From IMG/VR virus record IMGVR_UViG_3300006046_000008, positions 1 through 49,624 of that record: a DNA stretch of 49,624 nt. One strand, given 5' to 3'. This document shows, one piece after another, positions 17,447-26,600 of the stretch. This DNA comes from a virus. Taxonomy: Duplodnaviria > Caudoviricetes. Within the stretch, counting starts at the first letter, position 1. Each line of letters begins with the position of its first letter. The notes under the pieces were generated by a model. The model did not search any database and was not told the origin of the DNA. It saw nothing but the letters and a program-made list of their open reading frames with translations. A program made the position numbers and the translations under genes.

Positions 17447-17467
17447 CAGCCCCTTAAGGACTCACGA

Positions 17468-17657
17468 GTGGTTACGAGCCAGCATAGCTGTCTTTTGGTT
17501 TGGATAGCCTGAGCTGAGACAGCGGCCGTTGAAAGGCCACTTGGGGCTGCACTGCATTTGTAGCTAGTTCAGTGCAGCCCCCACTAGTTTCACCCAGACG
17601 ACTCTCAACGATGAGCCTGGGTGAAGGGGAGAGGAGGAGGTGAGCCTTCCTCTCCCC
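17468..17657 (+). ncRNA. candidate structured intergenic RNA (four consecutive stems)
   Basis: GTGGTT/GGCCAC enclosing GCTGTCT/AGACAGC; GGGGCTGCACTG/CAGTGCAGCCCC; TTCACCCAG/CTGGGTGAA; GGGGAGAGGA/TCCTCTCCCC. Confidence 0.45.
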
Positions 17658-17689
17658 ACCAGCATTAGCATTTTGACTGGGAGGAACAT

Positions 17690-18973
17690 ATGCTAACCAA
17701 CCGATACCGCAGGATCGCTTGCAGCGATATCACTGTGCTACGAGATGAGCGACAGCGCACAGACCTTGTGCTGGATGATTTGCTCCCTAGCATCAAGGCG
17801 CGAGGTGTCATCCAGCCCATCGTAGTGACAGAAGATCTAGTGCTGGTCTGTGGAGAGCGGCGGCTTGCAGCCAGCATTAAGCTCGGCCTGCATGATATCC
17901 CAGCTCGCTTTGCATCGGAGCTTGATCCTATTGAGCTTCAAATAATAGAGCTGGAAGAGAACCTCAAGAGGAAGGATCTATCTTGGGAGGACCAGACGCG
18001 AGCGATAGTCCGCATCCATTCGCTCTATCATAAGCTAGACCCAGAGTGGACCCAGAAGCAAACGGCAGACAGCATTGGCCTCGCCACTAGCACTGTGAGC
18101 ATGATGATCGGAGTCGGCACCGCCGCCCTCGCTGGCAATGAACGCATCGCGAAGGCCACTGGTTGGCGCCAGGCTCACAATACTCTCGCTCGGGAGGTGC
18201 AAAGGAAGAATGACACTATCCTCGCCGATCTCACCGAGTCTATTACGAGACCACAGGGAGCACTTGCACCCCCTCCTGTTGAGTCCATCATCACAGCAGA
18301 CTTTACACAATGGGCTCCTCTCTACAACGGTCCTCTGTTCAACTTCCTCCACTGTGACTTTCCTTTTGGCATCTCTATTCACACCTCCGACCAGGGTAAT
18401 TCAGATTCCTACGGGGGTTACGAAGATGACCCTAACGTTTACTGGGAACTACTTGAATCTCTGGCGACTAACGAGAATAGAATACTTTCCAGCAGCGCTC
18501 ATATGATGTTCTGGTTCTCTATGAAGTACTACTGTGAGACCAGGGACTTCTTCTCCCACCGGCTGCCTGAATGGACTCTCGAAGATTTCCCCTTAGTTTG
18601 GCTCAAGAGCGATAACAAAGGCATCCTGCCCGATCCAAAACGTGGCCCAAGGAGAATCTATGAGACTTGCTTTATTGCTTCTCGCGGCGACAGGCTCATT
18701 GTTCGCGCCGTGGCAAACGCTTACGCTGCTCCAACTGGTACTAAATCCCATCAGTCTGAAAAGCCCGAGCCAGTTCTTCGCCACTTCATGCAGATGTTTG
18801 TTGATGAGCACTCTCGTATTCTTGATCCTACTGCTGGTAGCGGTTCTTCGCTTCGAGCTGCGGAGTCATTGGGGGCTGCATTTGTCTTTGGTCTAGAGAA
18901 GAATGAAGAGTTCGCGGAGAATGCTCGCACTGCACTGCGCAACTTCCGCACCCTCAGGGCGATCAGCAAGTGA
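17690..18973 (+). CDS. ParB-N domain fused to DNA N6-A/N4-C methyltransferase (beta class)
   Basis: SI..RGVIQPIVV...GERRL..ELEENLKR (ParB); HCDFPFG (motif IV variant), H.SEKP, ILDPTAGSGSS (motif I). Confidence 0.85.
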   Translation: MLTNRYRRIACSDITVLRDERQRTDLVLDDLLPSIKARGVIQPIVVTEDLVLVCGERRLAASIKLGLHDIPARFASELDPIELQIIELEENLKRKDLSWEDQTRAIVRIHSLYHKLDPEWTQKQTADSIGLATSTVSMMIGVGTAALAGNERIAKATGWRQAHNTLAREVQRKNDTILADLTESITRPQGALAPPPVESIITADFTQWAPLYNGPLFNFLHCDFPFGISIHTSDQGNSDSYGGYEDDPNVYWELLESLATNENRILSSSAHMMFWFSMKYYCETRDFFSHRLPEWTLEDFPLVWLKSDNKGILPDPKRGPRRIYETCFIASRGDRLIVRAVANAYAAPTGTKSHQSEKPEPVLRHFMQMFVDEHSRILDPTAGSGSSLRAAESLGAAFVFGLEKNEEFAENARTALRNFRTLRAISK

Positions 18974-20025
18974 GCCTATTCCTTCCCTGCATCAAGGCAG
19001 TTGGTCCAGCTGACGCCCGCATAGCATTTGTAGGTGAAGCCCCTGGAGAGACAGAGGAGATGATTGGCATCCCCTTTGTAGGGAAAGCGGGCCAAGAGTT
19101 CACCGCGCTCTTGCAGGAGTCTGGTATTGAGCGCAGCAGATGCTATCTTACCAACGTTCTATGGACTCGTCCACCTAACAATAAGATGGAGTCCTTCTGT
19201 GTCTCGAAGAAAGATCTCCCTTCGAGCTATAGCCTCCCGCCGCTCTCGCTGGGCAAGTATCTCCACCCCGACCTCCTACCAGAACTGGATCGCCTCAAGA
19301 GTGAGCTGGATGAACTACGTCCAAACCTCTGCGTCGCCCTCGGCAACACCGCCCTCTGGGCCCTTACGGGCTCCGCAGCCATCGGCAGTTCGCGGGGTAC
19401 TGTATCCTCTTCCACTCTCATTCCGGGTCTTAAAGTTCTTCCGACCTACCACCCCGCTGCTGTGCTCAGAAATTGGGCTTGGAGAGTCGTGGTACTACAA
19501 GATCTCGCAAAGGCGAAGCTGGAGATGGAGTTCCCGGAGATCCGGCGCACGGAGCGAAGGATTAAAATCAACTCTGGGCTTGAAGAAACTCTCCTCTGGT
19601 TGCTAGACGCCCAGCGCTCTCCCATTCTCTCTTGTGATATAGAGACTGAGAAGAGGCAAATAACCAGCATCGCTTTCGCCACCACCCCTAGCAACATTCT
19701 CGTGATTCCCTTTTGGAACAAAGAGAAACCCGATTGGAGTCACTGGAATGAAGTTGAGGAGTGTATTGTTTGGGACGAGATTTTTCATTTGCTTTCCTCC
19801 CACCCTCGGGTGCTATTCCAGAACGGGATATATGACTGCCAATATTTGTGGGACATGTTAATACCTATTCCAGGCTTTCTAGAAGACACTATGATATTGC
19901 ATCACAGTATGTATCCCGAACTACCTAAGAGCCTGGCATTCCTGGGTTCAATATACACTAACGACGTTGCATGGAAGCGTATGCGTGCCAGACATGGTTC
20001 ACAAGAAACCAAGCGGGAGGAATAG
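18970..20025 (+). CDS. family-4 uracil-DNA glycosylase-like domain fused to the N-terminal part of the PolA 3'-5' exonuclease
   Basis: VGEAPG..E...G.PFVG.AG, YLTNV, ALGNTA, TYHPAA (UDG); CDIET (ExoI), QNGIYD (ExoII), DTM..H. Confidence 0.88.
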   Translation: MSLFLPCIKAVGPADARIAFVGEAPGETEEMIGIPFVGKAGQEFTALLQESGIERSRCYLTNVLWTRPPNNKMESFCVSKKDLPSSYSLPPLSLGKYLHPDLLPELDRLKSELDELRPNLCVALGNTALWALTGSAAIGSSRGTVSSSTLIPGLKVLPTYHPAAVLRNWAWRVVVLQDLAKAKLEMEFPEIRRTERRIKINSGLEETLLWLLDAQRSPILSCDIETEKRQITSIAFATTPSNILVIPFWNKEKPDWSHWNEVEECIVWDEIFHLLSSHPRVLFQNGIYDCQYLWDMLIPIPGFLEDTMILHHSMYPELPKSLAFLGSIYTNDVAWKRMRARHGSQETKREE

Positions 20026-20361
20026 ATGGTCCCCAACGGCCTCACCATCATCGAATCTCCTTACGCTGGAGAGTTGGAACGTAATCGCATCTACCTCGGG
20101 CGAGCGATTCGGCACGCTATATCTCTGGGTGAAGTTCCATTTGCATCACATGGTTTCTTCACCTGGGTATTCGATGATAGAGATCCAGCTTCACGTAAGC
20201 TAGGTATTCAACTGGGATATTATTTCTGGCCTCATGCTGAGAAAGTAGTTTTTTATATGGATTATGGAGAGTCGAATGGAATGGAGCAAGCACGCCACAG
20301 ACTTGAAAAGTATTTCCCGGACATGAAGACTGCTCACCGTAGGATCGGGCGCAATGACTGA
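20026..20361 (+). CDS. DUF7768 / nucleoside deoxyribosyltransferase-like protein
   Basis: IIESPYAG..ERN..Y...A.R.....GE.PFASH...DD..P..R..GI..G...V.Y.DYG.S.GM. Confidence 0.75.
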   Translation: MVPNGLTIIESPYAGELERNRIYLGRAIRHAISLGEVPFASHGFFTWVFDDRDPASRKLGIQLGYYFWPHAEKVVFYMDYGESNGMEQARHRLEKYFPDMKTAHRRIGRND

Positions 20362-21943
20362 AATCCTTACCACTAACATGCCGAAATACCTGAGTCCCCA
20401 TGACTCTCACCAGGTCTATAATGGGCTAGACGCTGGGATTACACTTGAGGTATGGCAACGCCTGCGCGAGGAGCTGGATCGAGAGGAAGCCACTCCAGAG
20501 CACCGTGCGTGGCAGGCTGGCGCTCGCATTAACTACTCCTTCGAGCGCGCCATGCAAGGGCCAGCACTCGCCATGATGAGAAGGGGCATTTTAGTCGACA
20601 ACTACTATCGCTGGGAAGTAGTTGCATCTCTGGAGAGAAGAATATCCCATCTGCAGAATGTGCTCAACGAGTTCGCTTGTGCCGTCTGGGGGAAGCCTCT
20701 CAACCCCAACTCCCACCACCAGCTTAAGCAGTTCTTCTACGAGGCTATGAAGCTACCGGAGCAGCACTCATATGTCAAAGGACGAAAAAACGTCTCCATT
20801 AACAGGGACGCCTTGGAGAAGCTCTCCATATATTTCCATGCAGAGCCAATCTGCAACTGCATCATCCGACTTCGCGATCTCAGTAAAAAAGTGTCCGTGT
20901 TGCGGACAGAAGTTGACGGTGACTCTCGGATGCGAACCTCCTACAATGTTGCAGGCCCTGAGACAGGCCGCTGGTCATCCTCCTCTAACGTCTTCGGAGG
21001 CGGAACAAATCTACAGAACATCACTGAAGAACTCCGTCGTATCTTTATCGCGGATAGAGGGAAGAAGTTTGCCTACATCGACCTCGCGCAAGCGGAGTCT
21101 CGCGTTCTGGGCCTTCTTTGCTTTATTCTCTTTAATCTCAGCCACTATCTTGACGCTTGTGAGTCTGGCGATCTACACACCTCTACTTGCCGATTGATCT
21201 GGCCAGGACTTGGCTGGACTGGAGAGGCTAAAGTCGACAAGGAACTTGCTGATCAGGATTTCTACTTCCACCACACCTATCGCTATATGTCCAAGCGAGG
21301 AGGGCATGGCACCAACTACTACGGCAAGCCATTCACCATAGCTCGGCAAATGAAAGTGCCGCAGAAGTTGATTGAGGACTTTCAGCAAGGCTACTTCGCG
21401 GCCTTCCCCGACATCTCTCGCTACCACAAGTGGTGTGCACAGCAACTCCAACTCCACGGCCAAATCTCAACTCCTCTGCTAACCAGCAGAATGTTCTTTG
21501 GGAGAAGCAATGATGATGCAACACTCCGTGAAGCAATTGCTCACGTTCCTCAGCACATGGTCGGAGTTCTCCTCAACCTCGCTCTCTGGCGAATCCGGGC
21601 TTACCTTAGACGGCAGTGCGAAATTCTCGCTCAAGTCCACGATGCCGTCCTCATCCAATACGACGAGGAAAGAGAAGAGAAAGTCCTCCAGGCAGTGATC
21701 CCACTGATGGCAACGCCCCTCTACCACAACGGCAGGGAAATGATAATCCCCTCCGACATTGCTGTTGGCTGGAACTGGTCGAAATACTATGATGAGGCAA
21801 TGGCTGCAAATGACGCCAGAAGAGGAAGAAAACCCAAGCCACTTAACCTTGATGGACTCAGAGGCCGAGTCCTTGGTGTCCCAGACATCCGTTCGCGCAG
21901 GGAAGACCCATCAGCCAAAGGCCTAGAAAGGATGATGATATGA
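20354..21943 (+). CDS. polA: DNA polymerase family A (ExoIII + polymerase domain)
   Basis: YNGLD (ExoIII), TGRWSSS...NLQNI, motif A DLAQAESR, motif B RYMSKRGGHGTNY, motif C QVHD. Confidence 0.93.
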   Translation: MTEILTTNMPKYLSPHDSHQVYNGLDAGITLEVWQRLREELDREEATPEHRAWQAGARINYSFERAMQGPALAMMRRGILVDNYYRWEVVASLERRISHLQNVLNEFACAVWGKPLNPNSHHQLKQFFYEAMKLPEQHSYVKGRKNVSINRDALEKLSIYFHAEPICNCIIRLRDLSKKVSVLRTEVDGDSRMRTSYNVAGPETGRWSSSSNVFGGGTNLQNITEELRRIFIADRGKKFAYIDLAQAESRVLGLLCFILFNLSHYLDACESGDLHTSTCRLIWPGLGWTGEAKVDKELADQDFYFHHTYRYMSKRGGHGTNYYGKPFTIARQMKVPQKLIEDFQQGYFAAFPDISRYHKWCAQQLQLHGQISTPLLTSRMFFGRSNDDATLREAIAHVPQHMVGVLLNLALWRIRAYLRRQCEILAQVHDAVLIQYDEEREEKVLQAVIPLMATPLYHNGREMIIPSDIAVGWNWSKYYDEAMAANDARRGRKPKPLNLDGLRGRVLGVPDIRSRREDPSAKGLERMMI

Positions 21944-22431
21944 GCTGCATTGTAGATGGCTGTGAGAAACCAGCCAGGAAAAAGAAGATGTGTTGTCAGC
22001 ACTACGAGAGAGTCAAAAAATATGGTGATCCTCACTTCACAAAATTCTATAACAAAGGAACTACCTGCGTCGCTCCTGGTTGCACAGCTCCTGCTGTCAC
22101 CCTCCGCGTCTGCATGGCCCACTATCACAGAATGTATGATCGAGGAACCTATGATAGATTGATAGCACCAAAAGGATCTGGCTACACAGCTCCGAATGGA
22201 TATAGGTATATCTTTGTAGATGGTGGTTATAAACTAGAACATCGCCACCTAGCTGAAAAAGCTCTGGGAAGGCCACTACCAGAGGGAGCCATAGTCCATC
22301 ATGTCAACGGGAGACGAGGAGACAACAGCTACGGGAACCTTGTTCTCTGTCCCAACGAGCGATACCATAAGCTCCTCCACAAGCGGACCGCCTGGTATCA
22401 AATCAAGGCGTCTCTCGGATTGGATAGATAG
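21940..22431 (+). CDS. HNH homing endonuclease
   Basis: Two C...GC......C..HY zinc modules; EHR..AE..LGRPL...IVHH.NG...DN...NL.L. Confidence 0.88.
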   Translation: MSCIVDGCEKPARKKKMCCQHYERVKKYGDPHFTKFYNKGTTCVAPGCTAPAVTLRVCMAHYHRMYDRGTYDRLIAPKGSGYTAPNGYRYIFVDGGYKLEHRHLAEKALGRPLPEGAIVHHVNGRRGDNSYGNLVLCPNERYHKLLHKRTAWYQIKASLGLDR

Positions 22432-23680
22432 CTTCTTAGATATCACGGCAGATGCACCTAGTCCAGCCCGATTTAGACTCTGGGCAGGGATCACTGCGAT
22501 CAGTGCAGCGGCAGAGAAGAGAATCTGGACGAGGACGGGGAAGAGTTGGCAAACAGAATTTGATGTCTTTCCCTCCCTCTATACTTTATTAGTATCCCCA
22601 CCAGCGATTGGAAAAGGGCAGGCCATAGGACCAGTGGAGCGCATCTGGCACTCTGCGAAGGGCACTATCACTGGCCGCTTGAAGGTAGCCCCTCGCTCTA
22701 TGACCAAAGCATCTCTTGTAGATGAGATGGCGAAGGCGCAGCGACATATCCCACTCAATAAGTTCGCTGGTACAGATGCGCTCTCAATAGAATTTCTCGA
22801 ATACAGTTCTCTCGCGATCCTCGCAGAGGAGCTTGGTGTGCTCATCTCCAGTCATGACATTGATTTCCTCTCCCTGCTCACCGAGATCTATAATAGTAAG
22901 GCAGTTTATAGCGAGACGAGGCGGACCAACAAGCTCTCCGTAGAAGTCTTCAATCCCCAGATCACTTTTCTAGGTGGCACGCAGCCTGCATTCCTCGCTA
23001 GTATCCTACCAGAGGAGGCCTGGGGTATGGGCGCTATGAGTAGGATCATTTTGATCTACTCCGGGACGGGGGTAAAGAAGCAGCTATTTCCCGAGGACGA
23101 CCTCTTCGATAACGTAGTGGATATTAAGATGAGAACTCTCCAGCGCTCCATCGTCTCTGACTTCTCTCAAATTCTCGATCTCTATGGAGAGATGAAGTGG
23201 GCCCCTGGCGCGAGAAGAGCAGCTGTGGAGTGGACCAACGCTGGCATGCCGCCAGTTCCGACGCACAGCAAACTCGTGCATTATTGTGGCCGCAGAGATC
23301 TCCACTGCGTGAAGCTCTCTATGATTGCAGCGCTGTCGAGAAGCAACTCCCTCATCGTGCAGGAGGAGGACTTCCGACGAGCCCAGGGTTGGATGCTAGA
23401 AGCAGAAGAAGTAATGCCAGATGTCTTTAGAGAGATGACTGGGAAGAGTGATGGAGAACTAATCAAGCAACTAAACTTCTACATGTTCTCCGTCTGGATG
23501 CGGAACGGGAGAAAACCCATGCATGAGAGCTTTTTGATTAATTTCCTGATCACTCGCACCACTAGCGATCGGATAGAGCGCATCATTAGCATGGCGGAGA
23601 GAGCTAATATAATTGCTCGCGAAGCGGGCACTAACCTCTGGTTCCCTAGGCGCGCGGACGAGCACGGGCAGGTGGACTAG
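22301..23680 (+). CDS. DUF3987/YfjI-like P-loop helicase (replicative helicase of this phage group)
   Basis: DWIDSFL...SP..F..WAG...I.AA, LVSPPAIGKG (Walker A variant), AEELG, GGTQP, G..SR; start uncertain. Confidence 0.75.
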   Translation: MSTGDEETTATGTLFSVPTSDTISSSTSGPPGIKSRRLSDWIDSFLDITADAPSPARFRLWAGITAISAAAEKRIWTRTGKSWQTEFDVFPSLYTLLVSPPAIGKGQAIGPVERIWHSAKGTITGRLKVAPRSMTKASLVDEMAKAQRHIPLNKFAGTDALSIEFLEYSSLAILAEELGVLISSHDIDFLSLLTEIYNSKAVYSETRRTNKLSVEVFNPQITFLGGTQPAFLASILPEEAWGMGAMSRIILIYSGTGVKKQLFPEDDLFDNVVDIKMRTLQRSIVSDFSQILDLYGEMKWAPGARRAAVEWTNAGMPPVPTHSKLVHYCGRRDLHCVKLSMIAALSRSNSLIVQEEDFRRAQGWMLEAEEVMPDVFREMTGKSDGELIKQLNFYMFSVWMRNGRKPMHESFLINFLITRTTSDRIERIISMAERANIIAREAGTNLWFPRRADEHGQVD

Positions 23681-26600
23681 TTGGCACTGGCAGCCAGGGG
23701 AACAGTGGCTGCTCCTCATCCTGCTGCCCAGCAAAGGGATTAATCCCACCTACCCTCGCCGCCAGTAGATCCGGCTCATGAAGCCTGTTCGGATCAAACG
23801 CAGCATATGGACTTCTAACTTGATTTGGATTCCCAATCAGGTATTGTGTCTGTTGCCCTCCTGCGTCATACATATTCTGGATCTGCATAGACTCCAGTCC
23901 TTTTTGCCTCCCACCCTGTGCCATATGCTCTAACCACATAGTGGGTGAGCCATAGCTCCTCCCCCCAACATCAGTTATCTCAGTGTTGCCAAACCGCAGC
24001 GCCTCTGGATAGACATACTTACTGCCGTAGTAGCCAGCAATCGTTGGCGACTCAGATTGAAATATATACGGGCTACCCGGCTTCCCACTAGGATCTAGAA
24101 ACCTTCTGTATGGATACGGAGCACCTCTATAGAAGAGCCTCGGATCGAAGCCCCCTGCCATCGCATTCGCATATCGCTCTGGCGTCATCGCAGATTGCAG
24201 ATCCGTTGGCAAGTTCTGCTTCCAGTCTGGATCGCTCTGCTTCACCGCATGGGGCACATAGGGTTCATGCGCCAGGCTTTGCTGCCAATCCCTCGGCAAC
24301 TGATCTAACATATTGAGCTGCGCTTGGCGTTTCACAGCTTCTGGATTTGATGGCTTGATTGCAGCAATTATATCCTTATCAAAATCTAGATTAGCATTGT
24401 AGCCTGCATTCATCAGCCGATTCCATTCATCACCACCAGTGTAGAGTGGAGAATTGTATTGGCTGCGATACTGATGGGTCGCCCACCCTGGCTCAGTATG
24501 CACATCCTGTCTCGAATGAGCATAGGGCGCGTTCCCAGCAGCTACTCTCTTTCTATTCTGTACAGTCCATTCAATCTCTCCCGGATCGGCTTGACCCAGC
24601 CCCCTTAGATTTATCCCTGCTTTCGTAGCCTCCCCAGTGTAGGTCCCTGGATGCTCCACCATGGTTTGGGCAAGGGAACTGACATTAGCCCACTCTTTTG
24701 GATCCTTTACATTTAAGCCAGTTCCAGCGATCCAATTCGCTAGCTTATCAAAATCTCCCTCCCAATCGAACTTCCCTCCTGGGCGCAGCAGCTGTGGTGG
24801 GCTTGTAGGCTTGAAAGGCGCTGTATTAATCGCAGGAGAAGGATAGGAACTACTTGGAGCATTGAAGCTCGTCGTATGCTGCGGTGGGATATAAGCCCCC
24901 GCTGGTATAATCTCCCCTGTACTCGGATGGATAGCGAGGCCGGCTTTCAGCGTGTTGATATCTACTTTTGCAGACTTCAGTGTAGTAGGCCAGTTATGTG
25001 GATTGTCTATCGCATCCGCAGCATAGTTCTGCGCTGCGGGCATAGGCTCTCCACCCTTTACAAAATACTGCACCAGCTTATCATACTCAGCTTTTGCTGG
25101 ATGCCACTCTGGGGCAGGAAAGTTTCCTCCATGCGCCATTGTAGTTCCTGGAGACCAGCCATTCGCCCAATCCTCCGCGTTCTCAGGAATATCTATCGCT
25201 CCATACTTTTGTAGCCAGTCCGCGTAGTCTGGATTGCCTTGGGAGAATGGAACCTGTGCATTGGGATTAGCAGCAGCAGGAGCTGGCGGCGCCCCACTTG
25301 CGATCTGCCCCGCATGATGCCCCGGCGGCTTATTCAGCACATAGTCTAACCAGTTATTATTATCATCTTGGAGATTGTGCTGGGCTAGGAAATCTGTATA
25401 GCTCCCCATGTGGACATTGGACATTGGAGGAGCAGGAGATGGTGGAGGAGGCGGCAGTCCATACTGTGATAGATAGTTATTGTTGCCCTGTGTTATAGGG
25501 AGCTGTGCTGGATTCGGCAGGGATGGAGTTAGTGGCGCAGGCGCTGTCTTCGGCCCGCTCGTCGGGATACCGTAGCTCACTCCACTTTGCAGTGGAGCAT
25601 TAGCTGGCGGAGCTGGAGATGACAGTGCATTGGATCCAGGCTGGAGGAAATTAGTAGGCGCGGGAGGTGGCGTTAGCTGGCTAGTCGGCGGGAGGCTTCC
25701 GGCGGTCCCCTTCCCAAACTGCGTCTTCAGCGCTCCAAGCCGCCCTCCCATAATATCTTCCAGCTCAGGATCATGCCCCACAGCTTTCATAATCTCTACT
25801 TCATTCGGAGAGATGTATTGCCCATACTGATGTTGTAGATCATCCGGCAGCATATTAGCTGTTGCATATTTCTGCATGGACTGCAGTTCTGGCACTGCGT
25901 TCTTCTCAAAAGCTGCTCCCTTCGGCCCTCCTTGGGCTCGGAATCTCAGCGCTCCCCCTGGATCTATCCTCAGCGGTTGAAGCGTACCCGGCTCAATGAT
26001 GATGTTAGGCCACTTACTTCCCCCTGCAACATCCCAATTCGCCAGCAGCGCATCTCCCAGGAATTGATCGCGCAAGCGCTGATCGGCGACATTCTTTTCC
26101 ATCGGGCCTAGATCCGGATAGTTCCTCCCCTTGACAAATGGAGAAATCCTATGTTCCACCCCACCGATGTCAGCTAGATAGGTTTCCGGATGAGGGAACT
26201 GCATGGCCCTATACAGGTCATCCGCGATCAGTTCCTCATTCACATGCTCTGGGCTCGCTCCCGCCTTGAAGACATATTGATTAGGCAGGATTGCTTTATC
26301 CTGCATCAATTTCGCCCCGGTGGAGCCACCGAGATGGCTCCCTGGAACTTCTTTGAAGAGCTCTGGATTGCCAAGATGGTTAGTCGGGAAGGGATTGATA
26401 TTAACCTGATTCATATCTGGCATTGGCGCGCCCGCAGCAGCACCAATCGCCCCCTTACCTATCCCCGGCATATCCAGATTCATTGCTACATCAGCAACTT
26501 TTTCAACATACCTTGGATCTAGTTCTCCCGCATAGAAGCTCTCTTGAAATGGCTCACCCAGGCCGAAGTAGCCCTCACTAACATTCCTCGTCAGATCCTG

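Noticed and set aside
17460-17600. Possible tRNA or suppressor tRNA
   Set aside because: No cloverleaf, T-loop GTTCRA or D-loop consensus; reported as a generic structured element instead.
20023-20028. Genome-wide TAG reassignment or amber read-through
   Set aside because: Many genes end properly in TAG and long ORFs are intact under the standard code. Read-through here would fuse only the DUF7768-like ORF, not the polymerase, which is in a different frame.
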